A stretch of 64,000 bases of DNA from Thermofilaceae archaeon. GTDB lineage: Archaea; Thermoproteota; Thermoprotei; Thermofilales; Thermofilaceae. Under the pieces are notes generated by a model that made no database searches, was not told where the DNA came from, and saw nothing but the letters and a program-made list of their open reading frames with translations. This document shows positions 56,697 through 64,000 of the stretch, in pieces. Position 1 is the first letter of the stretch, and each line of letters opens with the position of its first letter. A program made the translations under genes and the position numbers. The stretch is taken from assembly GCA_038861545.1 (NCBI GenBank), contig JAWCCZ010000003.1, positions 1 to 64,000 on the forward strand. The letters are read 5' to 3'.

Positions 56697-57342
56697 AGTA
56701 AAAATTAATGGAACAATTATCGAAGTTGAACCTGGGACCTCAGTACTAGCTGCGGCTGAGAAAGCGGGTTTAAGGATTCCCCACCTTTGCGCAGTCAAAG
56801 ATATTTATGAAGGTGCTAGCTGTAGGCTATGCTTAGTTAAAACCCCGACGGGACGTCTCTTTCCAGCCTGTGCTTACTATGTATACAGGGATGAGGAATT
56901 CATTAGCGATTCACCAGATTTGAAGATGACAAGAAAAGCAAATTTTGAATTTATTCTTAAGTTCCATAGAATGGAGTGCTGGCTTTGCCCACGCAAAGGT
57001 AACTGCATGCTAACCGAGTTATCAAAGGAATTGGCAGTCGAAGGAATCCCTGTATGTGCAGAGTGTCCTCTTTCTCCAGAAGAATGCCTGCTAACTAAGG
57101 GCGTGTCCTGTCTTGGACCGATTACAATATCCGGATGCAATGCAGAGTGTACCGAGAGTGGAGGACCATGTTGGGGCTGCCGTGGCCCAGTATCTAGAGC
57201 AGATGTGATTGAAAACGCAGTTTTACGCTATAGGGAGCTAGGGATAGATACAGACACAATTTTGAGAAAAGCTGATATTTTCTGGAATTCGCTCCCCGAA
57301 TTCGAAGTGGTGAAAAAGGTGTTTAACACGGTGAGAGTGTAA
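56680..57342 (+). CDS. Chimeric Fe-S subunit: HydA/NuoG N-terminal [2Fe-2S] and His-ligated [4Fe-4S] plus the C-terminal half of a group 3 [NiFe] small subunit
   Basis: IPHLC...SCRLCLV...PAC; H...C..C.....C; then VCAEC.....CLL..G..CLGPIT..GC.A.C...G.PC.GCRGP. The ATG may be 56689. Confidence 0.82.
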   Translation: MVEMVKVKINGTIIEVEPGTSVLAAAEKAGLRIPHLCAVKDIYEGASCRLCLVKTPTGRLFPACAYYVYRDEEFISDSPDLKMTRKANFEFILKFHRMECWLCPRKGNCMLTELSKELAVEGIPVCAECPLSPEECLLTKGVSCLGPITISGCNAECTESGGPCWGCRGPVSRADVIENAVLRYRELGIDTDTILRKADIFWNSLPEFEVVKKVFNTVRV

Positions 57343-58625
57343 TGAATGGCCAGAATAGCAGCTTAGTTATAGAAGAAATCCCAGCAGTTGCTGGACATGT
57401 TGATGTATACGTTGAGGGTAAAGAAACAGTTGTCCGAGTTAAGTTTAGTGTTACTCAGGATCCCAGGTTCTTCGAACGTTTTCTTAAAGGACGACCAAGC
57501 GTGGAAGTACCGTACGTAATGTCACGTATATGTGGTGTTTGCAGCATTGTACACTTAACTTGTTCAATAGATGCTATAGAAAAAGCGCTCGGCGTTGAAC
57601 CGAGTGAAGAAATCCTCAAACTTAGGAAGCTAGCTAAGGGCCTAGAGGTAATCCAGAACAACTTAGTACATGTTTTAATGTCTTTGCCGGATTTCACAGG
57701 TTGCAACGATGTTGTAAGTTTTTCCAAAGGCTACCAAAACATTTTCAATAAGTTGATGAACACTAATAGGCTAGCACTAGAAGCTTACAAAAGGATCTGT
57801 GGGAGATTCGTTCACACTCCAACTCTAGGTGTTGCAGCGCACAGTAAGCCGGTAAGCAAGTACGAGCTAGAGTCAGCGGGTAAACTGCTTCATACAGTAG
57901 CTAAAGAGCTTGAAGAGATGGTCAGTGATTTGGCAGAAATATGGAGGCCTCTTGCGGAAGGATTTAGCGATCCGGCGCCTACTTACTGTGTTTTAAATAG
58001 CGATGAAGAGTACCCCCTATTTAGCCCGAGCTTATTGTTTTCTGACGGAGTAACAGTCCCCGTCGAGAAATATAGTACTGTTATAGAGGAGTTAAGATCC
58101 CCCTACTCCAACGCTCATTATACCCTTTATAGAAACGGGGCTTTTTATAGTGGATCCAGGGCAAGGATTCAAGCATATTCAAAAATTATCGGCAGCGAGA
58201 TCTCGGCGATAACGAAAATGTTGAGTATAGATCCCAGCAATCCATTCGATAATGTAAAAGCGCAATATATAGAAGTAGTTTATTTATCAAGTTTCTTAGG
58301 TGATTTGGCTTTTGATCTAGCCGAGGAATTCCGAGGAGGCATAAGCCCCTCTCACGTCGCATACTCTAGTGGAAGCGGTGAGGGAGTAGCAGCTGCGACT
58401 GCTCCGAGAGGTGTCCTTATACACCATTATATCGTAAAGGGAGGTAAGCTAGAAAGCGCAAATATCATAACTCCTACAGTTATTAATGCAAGACATATGG
58501 AGGTAGCCGGTGAAGCTTTAGTTCGAAGGCTTGTGGAATGTGGTGAAAGTGAAAAAAGCATAAAAAGTATGGTAGCCGCGCTTGTAAGAGCTTACGATCC
58601 ATGTCTACCATGTGCTGTCCATTAG
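57342..58625 (+). CDS. [NiFe]-hydrogenase large subunit (group 3b-like)
   Basis: L1 RFFE..L.GR....SRICGVC; APRG.L.H.Y; L2 RAYDPCLPCAVH*. Confidence 0.93.
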   Translation: MNGQNSSLVIEEIPAVAGHVDVYVEGKETVVRVKFSVTQDPRFFERFLKGRPSVEVPYVMSRICGVCSIVHLTCSIDAIEKALGVEPSEEILKLRKLAKGLEVIQNNLVHVLMSLPDFTGCNDVVSFSKGYQNIFNKLMNTNRLALEAYKRICGRFVHTPTLGVAAHSKPVSKYELESAGKLLHTVAKELEEMVSDLAEIWRPLAEGFSDPAPTYCVLNSDEEYPLFSPSLLFSDGVTVPVEKYSTVIEELRSPYSNAHYTLYRNGAFYSGSRARIQAYSKIIGSEISAITKMLSIDPSNPFDNVKAQYIEVVYLSSFLGDLAFDLAEEFRGGISPSHVAYSSGSGEGVAAATAPRGVLIHHYIVKGGKLESANIITPTVINARHMEVAGEALVRRLVECGESEKSIKSMVAALVRAYDPCLPCAVH

Positions 58626-59918
58626 GTGATGAGTATGAAGGTAGCATTTTTCTCATTCGGAGCATGTGAAGGTTGCAGGTATAGGATGGTGAACGAGCTT
58701 TCTAGGATACTCAGTATAGATGGTATTGAAATAGTAAGGGAGCCCTTACTCGGGTTAGCTTCTGAAGATGAGTACGATATAGCTGTGGTGGAAGGCGCGT
58801 TAACCTCCCACGATATGGAAAAATGCAAGGAAATCAGGAGTAAGGCAAAGTATGTAATAGCTTTAGGAAGCTGTGCATACCTTGGCGGAATTACTACATT
58901 AGGGTATAAGTATGGTTTTCAAGCTGAAGAATACATTAAGAGGGGTTACAAAGAATCCATTCCACTTCAGCGAGTAATAGGCGTTGACAACTACGTTAGA
59001 GGTTGTCCCGCCAGCATTGAAGAACTAGCTAATGTTCTGAGGGAGATAATTACTTCCGGTGCATTGCCTAGATATGAGAGAAGGTTCGAGTTTGAAAAAA
59101 TCTCAAGCATCGTGTTAAAAGATGAGTTCCTTAAATTAGATACAGGTAAGTGTATCGTCTGCGGAAGATGTGTTGAGATTTGTTCCCAGATAAATGTGCA
59201 CGCACTAACGCAAGCCTTTCGGGGATTCCGAGTGATCGTGAGCACTCCTGGTCAACTGAGTTTCCTCGAAGCCGGTTGTATACATTGTGGGCTTTGTGCA
59301 GCTATTTGTCCAGTAGGAGCTGTGACTTATAGAAGTGACATAGAGGCATCATTGAAAGCCATCCGCTCTGGTGCTAGTGTAGTAGCCGAGATCACGGCTC
59401 TAGATGCGGCAGCTAAAGCTCTTGGTGTAGAGACTGGGCAGACGGTATCTTTGCTTAAGCAACTTGGAGCGTCTAACGTTAAAGTAGTGGATCCAATAAA
59501 TTTAGTTACGAATAAAGTTGGCATAGTGCCATTCAGTGTAGCTGAGGAAAGATGGATAAAAGTTATCTATCCTCAGGCTAGCGAATACCTTCTTCAACGA
59601 CCAATACTAAATGCTCAAGGCGTTCTGCTAATCACTGCTTGTGCTTCCAGGAAGGAAGAGCATACACCAACTTTAACGGCGCACGAGTTAACCATCTTGG
59701 CAAAAGGATGCGGCTTAGTCTTAGAGGATCTGCCGGCAGTTAATTTTGATTTTCAACCCGCTTCTAGATCAAACCTAAGAGTAGTTAAAGGTCCAAGCGA
59801 ATCTACCGAAGCTATACAAGAATTCTTAGAATCACCTACCCATACGTTAGTAGTGCAACTTTGCCCTATGGGTTGCGAAAAAGGATCTGGCATTCCATTT
59901 AAATTGCTTAACAGATAG
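58626..59918 (+). CDS. Chimeric subunit: [NiFe] small-subunit N-terminal domain + HydA-type 2[4Fe-4S] + degenerate [FeFe] H-cluster-like domain
   Basis: CEGC, VEG, GSCA..GG, RGCP; KCIVCGRCV..C, CIHCGLC...CPVGA; TACASRKEE..TLTAHEL and QLCPMGCEKGSG. Confidence 0.8.
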   Translation: MMSMKVAFFSFGACEGCRYRMVNELSRILSIDGIEIVREPLLGLASEDEYDIAVVEGALTSHDMEKCKEIRSKAKYVIALGSCAYLGGITTLGYKYGFQAEEYIKRGYKESIPLQRVIGVDNYVRGCPASIEELANVLREIITSGALPRYERRFEFEKISSIVLKDEFLKLDTGKCIVCGRCVEICSQINVHALTQAFRGFRVIVSTPGQLSFLEAGCIHCGLCAAICPVGAVTYRSDIEASLKAIRSGASVVAEITALDAAAKALGVETGQTVSLLKQLGASNVKVVDPINLVTNKVGIVPFSVAEERWIKVIYPQASEYLLQRPILNAQGVLLITACASRKEEHTPTLTAHELTILAKGCGLVLEDLPAVNFDFQPASRSNLRVVKGPSESTEAIQEFLESPTHTLVVQLCPMGCEKGSGIPFKLLNR

Positions 59919-59993
59919 GTAAAAATTGGAAAATTTTATTTATCAGTATTTAACTCAAAACTCATTTAGACACAATATCGAAGGGGGATTCTC

Positions 59994-61379
59994 GTGGTGG
60001 AGGGCTTCAAACAGCTACGAAGCGCGCCGCGCGGCTTCAAAGTCAGTATAATAGAAGGTGCATTGACTGTTTTCGGGTCCTCGTTAATCGGACCCATGGT
60101 AACGCCGCTTCTGATACGCCTGGGAGCAGATGCCGGCGTCATTGGTTTATACACCGCATTGGTCTCTACAACTACACCTCTGATGCAAATTTTAGCTGCT
60201 TTAATCTTAGATAGGTTTCGTGAACACCGGCTTCTTATAATGACTTCCTTCGCCGGAGTTAGCAGAATCTTATGGTTTGGTGTCCTATTAACAATTTTAG
60301 GTGTTTGGGGAGATCTCTGGACAGCCATAGCTTTACTCGGTCTTTCTAATGCCATAGGGGTTTTATCTAGCTTAGCATGGACGGATATAATGGCCGACTT
60401 AGTCGAGGCTAGGGAGAGAGGGCGTTTATTCGCAATTAGGAATACGTTGCTTGGCCTCATTAACTTAATGAGTCTCATCTTTGCAAAAGCTATATATGAT
60501 CGGTTAATGTATCCACAAGGATATGTGATAGCCATTACACTTGGGGCCTCTTTCATGTTAGCTGCAACGCCTTTACTTTACCTCTATGGGGATCAAGTTA
60601 AGCCTAAAGGTATTGGCTTAGGATTAAAAGGCGTTGCAGCGGCCTTTAAAGACAGGCAAGTACTCAAGGATTCTTTCTCCCTATCGTTCTGGAACTTTAC
60701 GGTTAGCATGGTAGGCGGAGTATGGAATTACCATATGTACGTGGCCTACGGAGCTGACGAAATCTGGTTTACTACTTTGAACTTAGTAGCCGGGCTAATA
60801 GGTATAGTAGCAAATCCTCCATGGGGATCTTTTTATGATAGGTTTGGTCCGAGAACTACTTTCATCCTATCTGGTTTGGGAATAGTTGCGGTACCCATTC
60901 TATTTCCCTTTTTACCAAGCCTAGCCAGCCAAGCAGCGTTACAAATGTACTCTACATTTGTATGGAGTGGATTTAACTTGGCTGCGTTCAATTATGCTCT
61001 GTCCTATGGATCTGAAGCTCGACATTTATACATAGCAGTTTATAACACAATTCCTTCATTGTTTTCTGCCCTCGGTACACTGACAGGAGTCCAAATCTAT
61101 GATAGGGCAACAGTTTGGGTATTTTTTATCTCTGGAGTTGGAAGAATATTTGCATTAACTGTTCTGTATCAGACCTCCTCATCAAGAGGGTTAGCATATG
61201 AGGAACTAAAGGTTCTCAGCAATCTTTATCCTATTTTTTTAACTACACGCGCATTAGCGGTTTATGCTTATGCGGAATTCATTCTGGCATTAAAATTACT
61301 CTATGCTGCTTTGCTAACAGTACTAGTACTCTCGGCACTAGCCGGACTATTTATAATACTCAAGGTAATAGCCCTATAG
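59994..61379 (+). CDS. MFS transporter
   Basis: 12+ hydrophobic segments, DLVEARERGR.F, WG.FYDRFG.R. Confidence 0.88.
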   Translation: MVEGFKQLRSAPRGFKVSIIEGALTVFGSSLIGPMVTPLLIRLGADAGVIGLYTALVSTTTPLMQILAALILDRFREHRLLIMTSFAGVSRILWFGVLLTILGVWGDLWTAIALLGLSNAIGVLSSLAWTDIMADLVEARERGRLFAIRNTLLGLINLMSLIFAKAIYDRLMYPQGYVIAITLGASFMLAATPLLYLYGDQVKPKGIGLGLKGVAAAFKDRQVLKDSFSLSFWNFTVSMVGGVWNYHMYVAYGADEIWFTTLNLVAGLIGIVANPPWGSFYDRFGPRTTFILSGLGIVAVPILFPFLPSLASQAALQMYSTFVWSGFNLAAFNYALSYGSEARHLYIAVYNTIPSLFSALGTLTGVQIYDRATVWVFFISGVGRIFALTVLYQTSSSRGLAYEELKVLSNLYPIFLTTRALAVYAYAEFILALKLLYAALLTVLVLSALAGLFIILKVIAL

Positions 61380-61387
61380 GTGGAGAA

Positions 61388-62128
61388 ATGCCGGGTGACA
61401 GCATAGATATCATTAATGTTTTATTGAATGAGCTTAGAAAGATAGGAGTAGAGTACTTAACCACCGTAATATTCGTACTTCCGCGCATACTGGGCATGGC
61501 TTTAATACTGATAGCTGGGTGGCTGCTAGGTAGACTGACAGGTAAATTGATAGCAGCTTTTGTGAAAATTAGTAAAGCTGATGATGCACTGCATGGAACA
61601 CCTCTTGGCGTTTACCTCAACAAAGCTGGATATTCCCTTTCTAGTTTGCTAGATCTAGTAACCAGAGCTAGTGTTTATATCCTCACCATCGCCTTAGCTC
61701 TCCGAGTATTACAGGTCCCAGAGGCCACGTCTGCTGCAGATGCTCTTCTCCAATTAGTTGGACGCCTCATCTTGGGTGCAATCATACTTACAATCGGACT
61801 CTTCGTCGTGGAAAAGGTGATAGGAGTTGTCAGTAGGGTCCTGGAAGGCAATCACGAAACGTCAATAGCGTTGGGAGTTACCCACGCTATTTTGTTGGCC
61901 ATAATTATTGCTGCGGCTGCCTCGAGCGTGGGCGTAGATTTGAGCCCGATCGTTGTGGTGCTTTCCTCAGTTGCTTGGGGGGTGGGCGCCGGAATCGGCT
62001 TCGCAATTGTACTCGTCACGCTCGCACTATTGAGAGAAGAGTTAAGTTATCTCTTTAAGGCATTTATTATGGCTCTGCGGTATCAATCCCGAGAACCGAA
62101 TAAACAATCCAGTAACGATTCAGGGTAA
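61388..62128 (+). CDS. Conserved TM-helix membrane protein (MscS-associated TM_helix-like)
   Basis: LPRILG.ALIL.AGWLLG repeat-type helices; no cytoplasmic MscS domain. Confidence 0.65.
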   Translation: MPGDSIDIINVLLNELRKIGVEYLTTVIFVLPRILGMALILIAGWLLGRLTGKLIAAFVKISKADDALHGTPLGVYLNKAGYSLSSLLDLVTRASVYILTIALALRVLQVPEATSAADALLQLVGRLILGAIILTIGLFVVEKVIGVVSRVLEGNHETSIALGVTHAILLAIIIAAAASSVGVDLSPIVVVLSSVAWGVGAGIGFAIVLVTLALLREELSYLFKAFIMALRYQSREPNKQSSNDSG

Positions 62129-62181
62129 AAGCAAGCATAGATGAACTTGACAGTTAATATTTTCAAGTCCTAGTACTGTCT

Positions 62182-63255
62182 TCAGAGGTTAAGTAACGTT
62201 CGAGCCTCTTTTTCATTCAAAGCCCACGTCTGAATAATAATGCGTCCTTCGGGGAAAACCTCAAGTATATTTCTAACGTGTGCTGGAGGTACTGCAATTA
62301 TAAGTCCTTTTCCGCTTTCAAGAATCCTTTTATAGAGCCCGAACCACTTCGAGGAACCGCAATCGTTCCCACTCAGATCTTCCTTAGCTCCAGGGACCCA
62401 TTGTATTGCATGTAACTCCTGTATTTTGAGTAGCGCGTTGAGATGCTTTATTTGTTCGGGGCCGTCGAGATGATAAGCAGAGTAGTCAAGCTTTAAACAT
62501 TGCTCTTCTAGGTGCGGTTTTACGAATTTTTCGAAGGTAGCCGGTGAAAGCATGTATGATACATCACATTGAAGTGGATACCATCTTTGTGGGCACCAGA
62601 TCCCCATCCATGCAGATGTGCCTTCATGTTTTCCTTCACACATAACCGTATACAGGCTATTATAACATTCATGCCATAGCTCAGTGACATTACAAATAGT
62701 GTTAAGCAAAGCATCGGGATTCCTATAAACATCTTTGAGCAACTCGACTGTTCCACGAAGAGCAGCTATCACATCAAGAACTCCGCCAATATCTGTCATT
62801 CCAACTATAAAGCGCCCTAAGTGCATCTCAACAGCAGTCTTAGTTGCTAAGTAAACCCTGCGCCACCAGATATTTTCCTTATCTAGCTTAGATTCGGCAA
62901 TCTCTTTAAGGCTTACAGTGCCTCTACTTTGTTGATTTCCAAACCACATGGTATGGCTTTGGAACACCGGTTGTACGCCTAGAAAGGCTGAGAGCACACC
63001 CGCGCCAAAGTTGATCCATAAATTCGGATAAGCCGCTCCACCGAAGAAAGTAGCTGAGCAAAACTCTTCGAACCTTTTGACAACAACTATTGGATCATCT
63101 AGGTAACGGCAGAAATCCCAACCATCGTAAGAGTACCATTTTGCGGGATCCTTTGGAGCGGTAACTTGGATCACTGGTTTTCGAGTTTCCCCCTCCCACC
63201 ACGCTGTAAGGAGATTCTTAGCTTCTTCCCAATCTTCCTTGTAAAGTAGCTTCAC
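62182..63255 (-). CDS. Uroporphyrinogen decarboxylase/corrinoid methyltransferase (URO-D-like) family protein
   Basis: D...ALRG, LQCD.SYM.SP..F..F..P, YHLDGP, IQWVPG. Confidence 0.75.
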   Translation of the reverse strand: MKLLYKEDWEEAKNLLTAWWEGETRKPVIQVTAPKDPAKWYSYDGWDFCRYLDDPIVVVKRFEEFCSATFFGGAAYPNLWINFGAGVLSAFLGVQPVFQSHTMWFGNQQSRGTVSLKEIAESKLDKENIWWRRVYLATKTAVEMHLGRFIVGMTDIGGVLDVIAALRGTVELLKDVYRNPDALLNTICNVTELWHECYNSLYTVMCEGKHEGTSAWMGIWCPQRWYPLQCDVSYMLSPATFEKFVKPHLEEQCLKLDYSAYHLDGPEQIKHLNALLKIQELHAIQWVPGAKEDLSGNDCGSSKWFGLYKRILESGKGLIIAVPPAHVRNILEVFPEGRIIIQTWALNEKEARTLLNL

Positions 63256-63433
63256 AATTTATCTGTAAATAAGTAGTATATAAGTGCGATAAACTCGATA
63301 CGAGCTCAGCAGTCCAGAAAATAGAAAAGTAAACGGTCATGTGCAGCAGTCCATTGCAATGGAAGCCGATAGCATTGCAGGCTGAAAAGTCAGGGTAACC
63401 CCCGGCTCACCTATGTGTTAAGTGCGAGCTCTG

Positions 63434-64000
63434 TTATCTAGTAATAGTAATTTCACTTAATTCTTCAAGGTATTTGTATCCACTCCCTTCTCTGAAATAC
63501 TTGTAGACCGGTTCTAATAGACCGCTGAGTTCCTCAGCAACAGCTAGCTTTAAATCAAGAGGATGTATTTCTCCTTTCGTGTAGGCATCAGCAAGCTCAT
63601 AAAATGTATTAAACTCCTTTACATTTCCAGATTTTTTACTGGGCACTCGGAAGAAATGTTTTCTCTCTCTGAATAGAATATATTTTGCAAGTTCTAACAC
63701 AGGATTTAACTCGACCTCTCTCGGTGGGCAGTACGCTTTTCTAAGTTTTTTAAAGACTTCATTAGGGGAATCATGTATAAAAATTGCACTTTCCGGTTTC
63801 GATTTAGACATCTTTACTTCTAAAATATGCTGTTCAAATGTATCTCTATCACCGCGTTCTTTAGCAAATAACATAGACTCTCTTGTCTGCTCATCCATAT
63901 TCATTCCAGTTAGTAGGTGATGGTGAATAGCCACCGGCTTATATCCGCCTATCGCCTCGCCCGCCTCTATAGCAATTACATGAGCTTTACGCTGATCCAT
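63434..64000 (-). CDS. tyrS: Tyrosyl-tRNA synthetase, 3' part (starts beyond the window end)
   Basis: MDQRKAH, KMSKSKP.SAIFIHDSP, AYCPP, HPLDLK. Confidence 0.93.
   Translation of the reverse strand: MDQRKAHVIAIEAGEAIGGYKPVAIHHHLLTGMNMDEQTRESMLFAKERGDRDTFEQHILEVKMSKSKPESAIFIHDSPNEVFKKLRKAYCPPREVELNPVLELAKYILFRERKHFFRVPSKKSGNVKEFNTFYELADAYTKGEIHPLDLKLAVAEELSGLLEPVYKYFREGSGYKYLEELSEITITR

Noticed and set aside
54192-59918. Selenocysteine or other stop-codon readthrough in the hydrogenase subunits
   Set aside because: All metal-ligand positions are plain Cys within open frames; no in-frame TGA is needed.
63300-63433. Intergenic stretch with a CAGCAGTCCA repeat and C/D-like words
   Set aside because: The boxes cannot be arranged into a C-D'-C'-D layout and no target was recognised.

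Overview
A 64-kb, gene-dense core-genome segment of a (hyper)thermophilic crenarchaeon, most likely Thermofilaceae/Thermoproteales. This is inferred from crenarchaeal PolB1, S26e, a CC1-like chromatin protein together with a true histone, an RPA-like protein, a free-standing 5S rRNA and tRNAs that all carry BHB introns, mostly at non-canonical sites. Most genes are informational or housekeeping: thermosome, ribosomal proteins, RNase P subunits, proteasome alpha, tRNA/rRNA modification, lipid synthesis, and ECF and ABC transporters. No CRISPR array, IS element or provirus was seen. The main findings are: (1) a five-gene hydC-hydB-X-hyhL-Y hydrogenase operon (54.2-59.9 kb) in which [NiFe] small-subunit halves and [FeFe]-HydA halves are reciprocally swapped between two chimeric genes, one ending in a shrunken, degenerate H-cluster domain; (2) a winged-helix + ATP-cone-like + apparently catalytically dead class III ribonucleotide reductase fusion, a candidate nucleotide-sensing regulator; (3) a C/D-box sRNA whose guide matches only the spliced anticodon loop of the two-intron tRNA-Leu(CAA) in this same window (predicted Cm34); (4) an un-called 58-aa C4C4 RING-like zinc-finger gene; and (5) a probable CoA-disulfide-reductase pseudoenzyme. 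All family assignments are from motif recognition by eye; no database search was run.
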